A program made the position numbers and the translations under genes. The notes under the pieces are model-generated. The model saw only the letters and a list, made by a program, of their open reading frames with translations, ran no database searches and was not told the origin of the DNA. This document shows, piece by piece, positions 30,083-40,804 of a stretch of 64,000 nt of DNA; the stretch's first letter is position 1, and every line of letters begins with the position of its first letter. Source of the stretch: an uncultured Spirochaetota bacterium (GTDB taxonomy: Bacteria > Spirochaetota > Spirochaetia > SZUA-6 > Fen-1364); assembly GCA_963820525.1 (NCBI GenBank), contig CAWGAA010000001.1, positions 1,696,001 to 1,760,000 of the forward strand, in the 5' to 3' direction.

Positions 30083-30715
30083 CTAATCGATCAGCCCATG
30101 CTCGAGGGCGTAGCGGACCAGCTCAGCAGCGGAGGAAAGACCCAGCTTTTCAAGCAGGCGGGCACGGTAGGTCGACACAGTGGGCACGCTCAAGCAGAGC
30201 TCGTGCGCGATCTCCTTTGCCCTTTTGCCGGAGGCCAGAAGGCAGAGCACCTGATACTCCCTGTCCGAAAGCAGCTCGTGAGGGGCCTTCTCGCGATTCC
30301 CTTCCAGCTCAACGGCCAGGCGTTCCGCCAGCGAGGCGGTGACATACTTGCCTCCCTTGGCAATCGTGCGGATCGCGCTCACCAGCTCTTCGGGCGGGCT
30401 TTCCTTCTGGAGATATCCGGCCGCTCCAGCCTTGAGAACCCTCCGCGCGTAATGCTCTTCGGGGTGCATGCTGAGTATGAGAACGCCGGCCCTGATTCCC
30501 GATGCCCGCAGCGCCTTCAGGACATCGAGACCGTTCATGTCAGGGAGAGCGATGTCGAGGATGATGACATCGAAATGCTTTGCTGCGGCCGCCTGCAGGA
30601 GATCAGCGCCGCTGCCCACCTCGCTCTCCACCCGGATATCCGGCTGTTCCAGGAGAATTCGTCTCAAACCCTCGCGGAATATTGGGTGATCGTCACACAA
30701 TGCAATCTTCAGCAT
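30083..30715 (-). CDS. NarL/FixJ-family response regulator (REC + LuxR HTH)
   Basis: DDHPIFREGL, LDIALP, GAAGYL.K, LSDREYQV, TVSTYRARL. Confidence 0.95.
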   Translation of the reverse strand: MLKIALCDDHPIFREGLRRILLEQPDIRVESEVGSGADLLQAAAAKHFDVIILDIALPDMNGLDVLKALRASGIRAGVLILSMHPEEHYARRVLKAGAAGYLQKESPPEELVSAIRTIAKGGKYVTASLAERLAVELEGNREKAPHELLSDREYQVLCLLASGKRAKEIAHELCLSVPTVSTYRARLLEKLGLSSAAELVRYALEHGLID

Positions 30716-30920
30716 TTCTCGGCTCTCCCTCCGAGACGAATTGTCATCATGCCCCCCGGATTGCCGCCGTCCTGCGCCGAATTATTATGATGCAATTGAA
30801 CGCTCTTGGGTAGGGGGCTCACCCGTCTGCTCCCCATAGGAGTGCTCCAAAACAGAAACGGCCCCGGGGCAACGCCTCGGGGCCAAGAAAAAGGAGGATA
30901 TGAAGAGAGCAATGCCCGCC

Positions 30921-33368
30921 CTATTCTTTTTCCAGGAAAAGCGCGACCCTGCGGTTCTGCCACCGGTCCTTGTAATTGCTGTCGGGGACCAGCTGGTCCG
31001 AGGCGCCGACACCCTCCGTGGCGAATCTCGCTTCCTCGAGGCCGCGCTCGACAAGAGCAGCCTTCACAGCATCGGCCCTCGCCTTGGAAAGCGGTATCAG
31101 GACCTGCGCCTGCTCAGCCTTTCCCAGCTTCGGGTTGTCCCAGTGGATCATGACCGCGTGCCCAACGATTCGAATGTTGTAGCCGGGGAACTTGCCGAGC
31201 TTGTTCGCCAGCGCGTCCAGCCGACTCATGTTCTGCTGCGCCAGGTCGGCAGGCACGTTCTTGTAGTCCGCGGTGAACGCCTTGAAGAAGATGCGGGATG
31301 CGAGTATCCGATACCCGTTGCCCCTCTTTTCCACCAGGATGTCGATGGGTACCACGGCCTTCACCGTGCCCGTGTTGCCGTACTGGTCACGTATCTTGGC
31401 GACGACGGGGTAGTCTTCCGCCGACTGGACAAAGTCCCCGTTCGCTCCCTTGCCGTCCCACACCGCCGTATTCGCAGGCCACTTGCCGGAGAAGCTGCGG
31501 AAGAGGTTTCCTCCCGGATCATAGATATCCATTGTCCAGCTGTCGATTTTCGCCGATGGCGAGCTTGCGGCGAGCGTAAGGGTCATCGTGTCGGAAGCCT
31601 CCAGAGGAGAGAAAAGAGTGGAAGAGAGCCTGATCGATCCTGTCGGCGGCGTGACATCGAGCTCGAAGGGCGTGCTGGTTGCCGAGGCCGGCGCAAAGAC
31701 CGTACCGTAGTCGATGCTGAGCGTTGCCGTGTAGGTGCCTTCCGGTGCGATGGCCCCCTTGTCCGTTTTCCCGTCCCAGCTCAGCGTCTTGGGAAGGCTG
31801 GCCCGATCGCCCGTGAACGTGTATTGCACGCCCATCCCCGCTTCCGAAATCGCCACCTTCCATGAAACAACAGCCGCGGGCTGGCCGAACGAGAGCGCCA
31901 GCTGCATCGTGTCCGCAACCTGGTCGCCGTTGGGAGAGAACCCTGCTGTCGCGGGGACGATCGCCACCGCGCCTTGAACGGCAGGCAGCTCGCCGGTGGC
32001 AAGCGATCCGCGGATCTCGCCGACATTGCCGTATTCGTCTTGAATCTTCGCGACATAGCTGTATGCCTGCGTGGGATCCGCCCTTCCGCCGCCCGCAAGC
32101 TTTCCATCCCAGCTGGCGGGTTCCGCCGGCCACGGACCGTTGAAGCTCGCGGCGGTACGCCCGCGGGAGTCGAGAATGTTCAGCGTCCAGCTCTTCAAGG
32201 CCGCGATCTCCGAGCTTCCATACAGTGTGAAGGTGACGGGCTGAATCCCGCCCTTCCCGTCCGCGGCGAGCTTTGCGGGGTTCGCCGAGACGTTGCCCGC
32301 CGGCGCCGTGACGTCGAGGACGAACGGGCTGCTCTTTACAAGGACCGGCTTGAAGGACTTGCCGAAGTCTATGGAGAGCAATGCCGTGTAGGTGCCTTCG
32401 GGCGCGAGGACGCCCGCGGCGGTCTTTCCATCCCAGGCGACCGATTGGGGAAGGCTCGCGGCGTCTCCTGTCCAGCTTCTCTGAACACCCATCTGCGAAT
32501 GCGACACGGAGAGCTTCCACGACTTCAGGGACTCCTTGTTGCCGAAAGTCAGGGCCAGGGTGATGGAACGAGCCATCGTGTCGCTCTTTGGGGAGAATCC
32601 GGCAGACTGGGGCTGAACAAGGTTCTCCTGCGTCGCGAGGGGGATGTCGGCCACCGGGACGGCCGCCTTCAATTGAGCGGAGTTTCCGTACTCGTCACGA
32701 ACGGTGGCTACGGCGGCATACGTCGTGGCCGGCGAAACGAAGCCTCCGCCAAGCGAGGATCCGTCCCAGGTAGCGGCCGCGGTCGGCCATTGCCCGCTGA
32801 AGCTCTTCACCAGTCCACCGGCCGGGTCGTAGATGTCAAGCGACCAACTGTCCATCTTGGCCAGGGCGGAAGTTGCTTTTATCGTCAGTGTCATCGGCCC
32901 GGTTACGCCCTGGTCCGATGGGGTGAATTGCGGAGGGTCGAGCACGATGCTCCCCGTGGGCGGCGTCACGTCGAGAACGAAGCTGCTGCTCTCCACGGAA
33001 ACAGACTGGTAGGTCTTCTCGTACTCGATGGAGAGCCGCGCAACGTACGTTCCTTCTGGCGCCATGTTCCCGTCGTCGCCCGCGCCGTCCCAGCTCAGGC
33101 TCGCCGGAAGATTCATCGCGTCGCCGCTCCACGTCCTGCGGGCAACCCCACCCCCGACGATCTCCACCTTCCAGGACTTGATCGAATCCCCGTTGCCATA
33201 GAGAAGGGAGATCTCGATCATGGCCTGGTCTGCAGTCCCCTTCGGCGAGAAACCGGACTTCTCCACCTGGATAGCGCTCTCTGCAGGCGCTATGAGCGTG
33301 GTCTGGCATCCCAGGACCGCGATCAGGAGGGCGGCACACCCGGCCGCCCAGAGGAGTAGCTTTCTCAT
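30921..33368 (-). CDS. OmpA-domain lipoprotein with three tandem FlgD-Ig-like repeat units
   Basis: Lipobox VLGC; three repeats of GFSP...WDG...APEGTY...LDVTxP...DxYGN; C-terminal LSKARA..V...NRRV. Confidence 0.88.
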   Translation of the reverse strand: MRKLLLWAAGCAALLIAVLGCQTTLIAPAESAIQVEKSGFSPKGTADQAMIEISLLYGNGDSIKSWKVEIVGGGVARRTWSGDAMNLPASLSWDGAGDDGNMAPEGTYVARLSIEYEKTYQSVSVESSSFVLDVTPPTGSIVLDPPQFTPSDQGVTGPMTLTIKATSALAKMDSWSLDIYDPAGGLVKSFSGQWPTAAATWDGSSLGGGFVSPATTYAAVATVRDEYGNSAQLKAAVPVADIPLATQENLVQPQSAGFSPKSDTMARSITLALTFGNKESLKSWKLSVSHSQMGVQRSWTGDAASLPQSVAWDGKTAAGVLAPEGTYTALLSIDFGKSFKPVLVKSSPFVLDVTAPAGNVSANPAKLAADGKGGIQPVTFTLYGSSEIAALKSWTLNILDSRGRTAASFNGPWPAEPASWDGKLAGGGRADPTQAYSYVAKIQDEYGNVGEIRGSLATGELPAVQGAVAIVPATAGFSPNGDQVADTMQLALSFGQPAAVVSWKVAISEAGMGVQYTFTGDRASLPKTLSWDGKTDKGAIAPEGTYTATLSIDYGTVFAPASATSTPFELDVTPPTGSIRLSSTLFSPLEASDTMTLTLAASSPSAKIDSWTMDIYDPGGNLFRSFSGKWPANTAVWDGKGANGDFVQSAEDYPVVAKIRDQYGNTGTVKAVVPIDILVEKRGNGYRILASRIFFKAFTADYKNVPADLAQQNMSRLDALANKLGKFPGYNIRIVGHAVMIHWDNPKLGKAEQAQVLIPLSKARADAVKAALVERGLEEARFATEGVGASDQLVPDSNYKDRWQNRRVALFLEKE

Positions 33369-33369
33369 A

Positions 33370-33609
33370 TCAACCCCCTTGTGTGGAATCTATTGAGGCG
33401 GGCGGCTTACCGGATTGAAGGGCCACATAGACCTGGTTTCCGCGTCTTTCGTAGCGGATCCTTCCCTCCCGCGCCAGCCAGCCGAGTGCCTGGTAGGTGA
33501 TCACGCTTCTCTCGGCGAGGTGTTCTGAGAGTCGAAGGATGTTCGCCTCTCCCATCTTTTCGAGAATCATGATGATTTTGTGCGCGCATTCCTCTATCAT
33601 CTTTTCCAC
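33370..33609 (-). CDS. Small winged-helix protein (DUF2582-like)
   Basis: YQALGWLAREGRI motif; GTG start after AGGAGA; stop 1 bp before the OmpA gene. Confidence 0.7.
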   Translation of the reverse strand: MEKMIEECAHKIIMILEKMGEANILRLSEHLAERSVITYQALGWLAREGRIRYERRGNQVYVALQSGKPPASIDSTQGG

Positions 33610-33757
33610 GGCATCTCCTACTTTTCCGAGCCGTGCCATGCAAGGTTCGGACGGCATCAACAGTTTTACGGTATGCCGCGGAGGGAGCGAGCGGTATCCA
33701 AGAAACAATGATATTTGTGTCGAACTTATATGACGCACGAACAGGGGGAAGCAGAAC

Positions 33758-34048
33758 TTGGCCTACCCGGAGCTCTTTGCCGCGATCGCCCCGATCTGCG
33801 GCCCAAGTGACGTCGCCAATGCGCACCGCCTCAAGGAAGTGCCCATCTGGGCCTTCCATGGCGCGCAGGACAGGAATGTCCCACTTTCAGAATCGACGAA
33901 GATGATAGATGCCATCAGGAGCGCCGGTGGCGATACCGCGCTGACCGTGTATCCGGATCTTGGACATGATTGCTGGACCATGACCTACAGGGATTCAAGG
34001 CTTTACTTCTGGTTTCTCGAGCACTGGAGGCAGGGCGCGGACCGATGA
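33758..34048 (+). pseudogene. C-terminal fragment of an alpha/beta hydrolase (phospholipase/carboxylesterase-like)
   Basis: YPELFAAIAPICG, WAFHGAQD..VP, YPDLGHDCW give the Asp and His; no upstream GxSxG nucleophile. Confidence 0.8.
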
Positions 34049-34118
34049 AACCGGCTGGCCGCCGCTCAGGGGGTATCCTGAAGGCAACCGCCTCCAGCCC
34101 CGCCTTGCCCGCTCGACT

Positions 34119-36662
34119 TCATTGAGTCACTGAAGGCCCTGGTTTTCGCCTACTCGCCCGGATGGATGCGATCAGGCTGTCGATGGAAGCGCTCTTGGAA
34201 AGGTAGTCCACAGCCCCTGCATCGCGCATGGCCCTGGCCTGCTTGGGCTCGTCGAACATCGAAAGTCCGATGATGCTCACAGCCGGAAACTCGCCGTGAA
34301 TGATGCGGGCAGCCTCGATGCCGCTCATTCCCGGCATGTTCACATCCATAGTGACGACGTCCGGCTGCAGCGCGCGTGCCAGCTCGACGCCGGTCTTGGC
34401 GTCCGATGCTTCGCCGACGATTTTCATGTCCGGCTGCTGCCCGAGCTGGAGAGCGATCCCATTGCGCACAACGGTATGATCATCGACCAGAAGAATCCTG
34501 ATCGCCCCTCCGCCTGCTCCTGACGGCGAACGCGAGCGCCGCTGACCCATACGCGCCTTCGGCGCTTTGCGCGCCATTGGCTCACCCGCCGGAGTCGCGT
34601 GATCCCCGCTCGCGCTCGGCTGCGGGGCGGACGCCCATACCGTGAAAGAGCTGCCATGGCCGGGAGAGCTCGCGACCTCCATCCCCCCGCCTGCGAGCGC
34701 GAGCCTCTCGCGGATGCTGAAAAGGCCGATGCCGCCCGACGCGGTTCCAAAACCGGCCAGTTTCGACATATCAAAGCCTACCCCTTTGTCGCTCACGGTG
34801 ATGAGCACTCGTCCGTCCGAATCCAGACCCAGCCGCAATGAGGCGGTCTTCACGCCGGAATGTTTGACCACGTTGAAGAGGAGCTCGCGGGCGGCCTGCA
34901 ACAACATGATACGGGTCTCCTCGGACTCCATTGCGAGGGATTCCACGGACTCCAGTTCAACCTCCAGACCGTGCTTGTCCTTCATCCACGCGGCTAACCA
35001 CTCCAGGGCCGCCGCCAGATCGGGCTCGGAGAACGCGGGATGGCTGATCTCCGAGGTGAGAGATCGTGAAATGCTTATGCATTCCCGCAGTTGTCCGCTG
35101 AGATCGGTGAAGCTTTCCTGGCGTTCGGCCTCGGATCCCGCCGTCCGCAGGCTTTTCAGGCCGTACAGCGTCGCGGCCAGAAGCTGCTGGAGCTGGTCGT
35201 GGAGGAGCTGGGCGATTCTCTGCCTTTCCCGCTGCTCCGTCCGCACGATCTCGCCGGCAAGCATCTGCAGCTGGGAGGCCTTAAGCTCCAGCGCCCGCTG
35301 CGCCTCATCGCGCTCGGCCCGAGCGTTCAGGGATGCGATGCCGAAAGCGAGATCATCCGCCAGCTCTTTCAGGATGTTGACCTGGCCCTCCTCGAAGTCG
35401 GGAAGCCTGTCGGAGTAGATGAGCAGAACTCCGAAGGCGGACTTCTCCATGCTCAGCAAGGGGAAAGCCGCCATGGTCCTGAATCCTCTGGCGAGCGCCG
35501 CCTCCTTCCATGGCGCTTCCTCCGAAAGGTCCGCGATGTTGCGGCTGACCACGGGAGCCCCCGAGCGGATCGCGTCGCCGGCCGGGCCTCCTGAAAGAGC
35601 GGCGTCGCCCCACCTTGCCTGGATGTCTTCAAGAAAGCCATCGCGGTCTCCCGCCGAAGCGACGCACGTGAGGATACCTCCTCCTCCGCTCTCGGCAAAT
35701 CCCACCAACACGAGCGGGTAGCCCCCTTCGTCCCGGATGATCTGGCAGATGACGGCGGTCAGTTCCCGCTCGTCGGATACCTGCACCAACGCCTGATCGC
35801 ACTCGCTGACCAAACGCAGCATCCTGTTGGCCTTCTGCAATTCGGAGGTCCGCTGCTGCACTTTCTCCTCCAGCTGGTCATGCGCTCTCTGCAGCTCCTG
35901 CTGAACGCGTTTCTGGTCCGTGACATCGCGGTCTATCTCCAGCACTCGCTCTTCTCCATCGAGCCCGCTGCCGATATGCAGGCGGGAAGAGACGATCACC
36001 TCACGGCCGTCCTTCGTGACATGGCAAAGCTCTCCATTCCACTGACGTTGTTCGCGCAAAATGTTCTCGAAATCCGGCACCGTTATTGCATGCGACGTGC
36101 GCAACAGCTCATGAATGTCGTGACCCAGCGCCTCGCTCTCCGAGAAGCCGTACAGCTCCTCCGCCCCCCTGTTCCAGCTTTCGATCCCTCTTCCCATCCG
36201 CCATACGATAACCGCATCGAATGAAAGCTTCAGAAGCTCCGCTTGCTGGCGGAGAGCCGCCTGACTCTCTCTCAGCGCCTGTTCCTTGTCATACGCTGCG
36301 GCCTTGAGCCGATTGCGGCGGTACAGCTCGGCGACCATGCTCAGGAACGCGCACACGCCGATGAAAAGGCCAAGGCCGATGAAATTCGATATCCTGAGCG
36401 TCAGGATGGGATCGTGCATGGGAATCACCCACAGCACAACGATCATCACCGCGATTGTTGCAATGGTGAACAGCGCCGGCCAAAAACCCGTCAAAAGCGC
36501 TACGATCATCACGGTGGGATAAAACACGAGGTATTCTGGAAAATCGGGACCCACCGCGAGGGACAACACCTCGCGGAGGACGAAGGCGAGAATGGCGGCG
36601 GCCACGCCGGCGAAATACCGGGCAATCGGCCTTTTCAAGAGGGTTGCTCTGGATGCACGCAT
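34119..36662 (-). CDS. Hybrid histidine kinase (DUF4118-like TMs, PAS, GAF, HisKA_3, HATPase, REC)
   Basis: SWNRGAEELYG PAS; ERQRIAQLLHD; ELLFNVVKH; DKGVGF; C-terminal DDH...MD receiver. Plausible partner of the NarL regulator at 30083. Confidence 0.9.
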   Translation of the reverse strand: MRASRATLLKRPIARYFAGVAAAILAFVLREVLSLAVGPDFPEYLVFYPTVMIVALLTGFWPALFTIATIAVMIVVLWVIPMHDPILTLRISNFIGLGLFIGVCAFLSMVAELYRRNRLKAAAYDKEQALRESQAALRQQAELLKLSFDAVIVWRMGRGIESWNRGAEELYGFSESEALGHDIHELLRTSHAITVPDFENILREQRQWNGELCHVTKDGREVIVSSRLHIGSGLDGEERVLEIDRDVTDQKRVQQELQRAHDQLEEKVQQRTSELQKANRMLRLVSECDQALVQVSDERELTAVICQIIRDEGGYPLVLVGFAESGGGGILTCVASAGDRDGFLEDIQARWGDAALSGGPAGDAIRSGAPVVSRNIADLSEEAPWKEAALARGFRTMAAFPLLSMEKSAFGVLLIYSDRLPDFEEGQVNILKELADDLAFGIASLNARAERDEAQRALELKASQLQMLAGEIVRTEQRERQRIAQLLHDQLQQLLAATLYGLKSLRTAGSEAERQESFTDLSGQLRECISISRSLTSEISHPAFSEPDLAAALEWLAAWMKDKHGLEVELESVESLAMESEETRIMLLQAARELLFNVVKHSGVKTASLRLGLDSDGRVLITVSDKGVGFDMSKLAGFGTASGGIGLFSIRERLALAGGGMEVASSPGHGSSFTVWASAPQPSASGDHATPAGEPMARKAPKARMGQRRSRSPSGAGGGAIRILLVDDHTVVRNGIALQLGQQPDMKIVGEASDAKTGVELARALQPDVVTMDVNMPGMSGIEAARIIHGEFPAVSIIGLSMFDEPKQARAMRDAGAVDYLSKSASIDSLIASIRASRRKPGPSVTQ

Positions 36663-36833
36663 ATCCTCACTCCTCGCGCTCGATGATGGTCATGTCATCG
36701 TCATGCAGGCCGGAGCTATTCACTCTCATGAATATAGTGAGGCGGTAGAAGAGCATCAACATAGCGACGTGATTCGCGCCGCCGGTCACGCCCCTTCGCG
36801 GGGCGGGCAAGAGGGAGCCTTATCGTGTAGCCT

Positions 36834-37913
36834 TTACCGCGCGGGAAGCAGGGACTTCACCATCTCGCGGTTCTTCCACAGGGCGCAGCCGCCCTCGGTC
36901 TCCACCAGCTTGTCGTGGTTCTCCCGAAGCGAAAGGAGGAACGGCGACTTCAGGGCTTCCATCAGCGGCACGCTCTTCAGGTTCGTGTCCGAATACGGGG
37001 CAAAGGGACACGGCTCGAGGTCCCCTTTGGCGCTGATGTGCACGAAGCCCCTGCCCGAGGCGAGGCATCCGCCCGTTTCCTCCTCGTCCCAGGGGACCGC
37101 GATGAAGACCGAGGAGAACTTCTTCCTGAAGCCTGCGATGAGATCCTTCATCCGCTCCCGCTGATCGTCGGTGATCGCCCACTCGTCGGTCCCTTCCCGG
37201 ATGGGGGTGTACTCCATGAAGATGAACAGCCGGCAGCCTGCGGCCACGGCGGCGCTCACGAACCCGGGGTCCGTCACCGTCTCGTAGTTCGAGCGCGTGA
37301 CGGTCAGGGAGATGCTGAAGAAAAGCCCCTCCTTCTTCAACTGGACCATCTTGGCCTGGAGCCGCTCGTGCACTCCCCTGCCCCTCCTCTCGTCGGTTTC
37401 CGCCTGGTTTCCCTCGAGGCTGAGAACGGGGACCGTGTTTCTCTGTTCCTTCAGCTGCTGGATAAGCCGCTCGTCCAGGAGAAGGCCGTTTGTGATGAGG
37501 AGGAATACTATGTGGGGGAAATCCCGGGCGATATCCAGGAACTCGGGCCGCGTCAGCGGCTCTCCCCCCGCGATCACGAAAAAGGAGATGCCGAGGCTGT
37601 CGGCCTGCGCCACGATGTCGCGAAGCTCCATCCCGGACAGCTCGTCGGGAGCGTCGCCGCGGATGGCCTGTGCGTAGCAGCCCTTGCACCTGAGGTTGCA
37701 GCGGTTGGTGATGGAGAATATGGCGATCGGGGGAACGTGGAGACCCTCCGCCCTCCAGCGCGCGCGAAGACGGGCGGCTTTCCTCTGCCAGCTGGCTACC
37801 TTCAGAAAGTGGAGCGCCTGGGATGGCCGCGAAAGGCTTACCCGCACGAACTCGGAGAAAAAGATGCGAAGGCCGCGGTTGAGGATATTGGTGTAGCTGG
37901 TCTTGGATTCCAT
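36834..37913 (-). CDS. Radical SAM / SPASM-twitch protein
   Basis: CNLRCKGC, GGEP, TNG, GCLASG...EPCPF. Confidence 0.9.
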   Translation of the reverse strand: MESKTSYTNILNRGLRIFFSEFVRVSLSRPSQALHFLKVASWQRKAARLRARWRAEGLHVPPIAIFSITNRCNLRCKGCYAQAIRGDAPDELSGMELRDIVAQADSLGISFFVIAGGEPLTRPEFLDIARDFPHIVFLLITNGLLLDERLIQQLKEQRNTVPVLSLEGNQAETDERRGRGVHERLQAKMVQLKKEGLFFSISLTVTRSNYETVTDPGFVSAAVAAGCRLFIFMEYTPIREGTDEWAITDDQRERMKDLIAGFRKKFSSVFIAVPWDEEETGGCLASGRGFVHISAKGDLEPCPFAPYSDTNLKSVPLMEALKSPFLLSLRENHDKLVETEGGCALWKNREMVKSLLPAR

Positions 37914-38363
37914 CGGTTCTCGTACGCTCCTGATAATATGTAACACCAAAGTGTGAGGAAATCGGGAATCATCCCCTCATGAAGGACAGCCCGTGCTCCT
38001 CCAACGGCCGGATGATCCTGGAGGACTCTACCTCGTTGAAGGGATGAATGTCCACGGGGTGGGTCGCCCACAACCTCCCACTTCAGAGTGCAAACGCGTC
38101 GAGCTCGAAATCGATCGAATACATTCCCTGCGGTATTCCGTACGAATCCTTTTCTGTCGCCAGCGCCTGCTCCAGTTCGGGGTTGGAGCCTGCGCTCGCC
38201 GGTGTTCCCTCCACGGGTGCGACGGCCTCGCCGGCCCGCTGTTCTACGCGGCAGCCTTCGGGATCTCGTTCCTGAACGCGTCGGCGGGAATGATCTTCTG
38301 CGGGGCTCTTGCGGCATTCTTCGGCTTCCGCCTCGTGTTCTACAGAGGTGAGGGACCGAGAAC

Positions 38364-38394
38364 AAAGCCGGCCGCCGTAACGGCGGCCGGCTTT
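38364..38394. terminator. Hairpin / possibly bidirectional intrinsic terminator
   Basis: AAAGCCGGCCGCCG-TAA-CGGCGGCCGGCTTT perfect 14-bp stem downstream of the acylase ORF. Confidence 0.65.
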
Positions 38395-38427
38395 CCCTGA
38401 ACAGGGCTCCCATAAGCCCCTCCGCGC

Positions 38428-39934
38428 CTAGGGGGCCAGAATCATCGTGGATACCACGGTGGCCTGGACCCGCTCGGGGCTGACAGGGAGATTGATCGAC
38501 TCTCCCTTGATGAACTTCCCCACCATGTCGTCGTAGTGCGGGTGGCCGGGCTGCCCGGACTGCCCCAGGGGTGCAATGATCGACATCCCGTCCAGATCGG
38601 ATAGAGAGACGATCATCCGCAGGTTCGGGATGACAAAGGAGTAGTATTCGTCCCGGGCCGGCACCGGGGCCCACGAGTTGAGTGTCGTCCCGTCACCGTC
38701 CACGGGGTAGGTGCCGCTGTTGAGCAGGAGTGCGTTGAGCCCGCTGCCTCCCCCGGGGTGCTTCCAGTAGACGGTGTGCAGGCGGCCCCATGACCAGGAG
38801 CGCCGGTCGGTGCCGAGCCGGCCCTCCAGCCAGCGGATGGTCCTCGAAAGGGACGCCTCCAGTATCTCCTGCGGCCCCTCCCGCTGCGGCGTGTCCCTGC
38901 GGTCCCAGAGGGTCGAATCCGGCCGGTCAAGGATCACGTCCTGGATCAGGTACCTCTTGAAGGAAAAGTTGAAGTAGTAGAAAAGTTGGTCCCCCAGCTC
39001 GTCTTCCAGGAGCTGCCGCACCCACTCGGTGAGGAAGACCTCGTATACCGCCGCCGCCTTGCTGCCGGTGAGCACCTTGCGGTCCCAGCTCTTGAGGATG
39101 TCCGCAGCTTCCCGGGCGCGGGGGTCCTTGAAGGAATAGGCCAGGAGCTTGGGCAGGATCCTTTCCGCTTGAAGAGAATAGGCGTCGAGCTGCATCCTCC
39201 TGAAGTCCTCTGCCGAGGGAGATGCCAGCTCCTCGAGCAGCGACAACGCGCGCTCAATACGATAGGGGGCGCTCCAGCTGTTGGAGATCTGCTGCGGCTC
39301 ATCATCAGCGACAACCCGGTTGTTGCAGTTCGCGATCCTGCCCTCGGCCGGATTGAAGGCCCCAGGCAGCTCATCGAAAGGCGTAAAGCCCTCCCACCCC
39401 ATGGTGCCTGAGGAGCCGTCCGCGGGGAGCCTGCCGGAATACCCGCGCCGGATGGGAGCCGCGCCGGCGGAGTGCCAGCCGATGTTGCCGTCCACGTCCG
39501 CAGCCAGGAAGTTCAAGCCCACGATCCTTGTGTACCTGGCGTTTTCGATCACATCCCGCGCGCTCCTGCAATCCATGAGGCCGAGCATGGTTCTCATGGT
39601 CAGGTCTTCCAGCTCACCCTCCTTGAGCGTGCCATACCAGTGCAGGGCGACTGCAGCATCGATTCCCTTGTCCAGTGCCGTGATCACCGGACCGTAGGTC
39701 GTACGGAACACCGTCATGGTCCGGGACTTTCCTCCGGGGAGCGTGAGGACCACCGCCTGCCTTTCCATCTCCCGGACCTCATCGCCCACGTAGTAGCGCG
39801 TGGGGTTCTGCGGATCGACCCGCACCATGAACAGGTCCAGGGAGTCGACGGGCAGGAAAGTCAGGCCCCAGGCCACTTTCTGGTTGTGGCCGATAATCAC
39901 CCCCGGAGCCCCGGGGGCGGACGCGCCGGCAATT
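38428..39934 (-). pseudogene. Penicillin-acylase-family (S45) beta-subunit fragment lacking its N-terminus
   Basis: PGVIIGHNQKVAWGLT, T.YGP, NF..ADVDGNIG, NCNN, WSWGRLH, GQSG.PG.PHYDD; no alpha subunit or SNxW nucleophile. Confidence 0.85.
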
Positions 39935-40135
39935 CCACCGGGGAAAGGGACCAGTAGTCGTTGCTCATGTTGAGGAGCAGGTCCGCCCCGGAGCACAAAG
40001 CGGCGCGCGTGGTCGAAGAACACATCCTCGAAACAGATGGGTGTCGCGAAGCGGATCCTCGGGTGACTGAAGACGACCATTTCACCGCCTACGCCCCAGT
40101 CCGATATTTCGTAGCTCTGGAACACCTTTCTTCGA
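39935..40135 (-). pseudogene. Apolipoprotein N-acyltransferase (Lnt) internal fragment
   Basis: FATPICFEDVF and, after a frameshift, GADLLLNMSNDYW. Confidence 0.7.
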
Positions 40136-40246
40136 AATGAAAACGGGGCGGGGGGGGCTAGCGCTTTGTGACTCAGGTTCGTCACTCTTGGTTACCCGTC
40201 ATCCTTTCCCCAAAGCGACAGATCGCTTCCCTGCGTTCTTTCATTT

Positions 40247-40645
40247 GTGGATTCGACTGCCGAGACACCTGTCGTACCGACCGCCCGGCCGGACTACCGT
40301 CCACGGCAACCGGGATTCCTCCGGAAGCTGTTCCGGCAACGCTTCCCGGCCTTCGAAGCGCTCTACGAGGAGCAGTATGCCTCCTTCTACGGCAAGTTCC
40401 GTCTCCCGCTCATCGCTCACGCTGCCTCCGCGTTCCGCCTCTGCGGTGACTGGAGCCAGGGCATCGCCCGCATTCGCTGTCCGGACTGCGGCTACGACTT
40501 CTTCCGCCCTTTCTCCTGCAAGAGCTTCTTCCCCTAGGGCGGGCAACTGCATCGCCTCTGCCGCTCCTGTGCCCAGACGCGGACGCTCCTTCTAGGGGAG
40601 CACCTCAGCGGGGACCTCCTTCTCAACCTGCCCCACCGCCAGTTC
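40247..40645 (+). mobile_element. IS91-family transposase relic, N-terminal zinc-binding part
   Basis: CGD...G.ARIRCPDC...PFSCK, then after a stop-containing insertion LCRSC..RT......LL..LPHRQF. Confidence 0.85.
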
Positions 40646-40804
40646 TTACCATGCTTGTTCAACGGCTTAACGTTGGATCATGGAACCGATCAAGCGGATC
40701 CGCGACTCTCCGGAGCGTGACAGAACATGATGCCGGATGTGTTTCATTGAATGCGCGCCTTCATAGGGCGCGTGAAATCCTCCAAGCTCACACGAGGGGC
40801 GGAT

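Noticed and set aside
37975..38230. Selenoprotein via in-frame TGA in a minus-strand protein-like stretch
   Set aside because: No redox motif context or recognisable SECIS, and no start; more likely a decayed fragment.
40660..40700. attC-like site (GCTTAAC/GTTGGAT) suggesting integron cassettes
   Set aside because: No convincing paired R and L boxes, no repeat after the other cargo gene, and no integrase.
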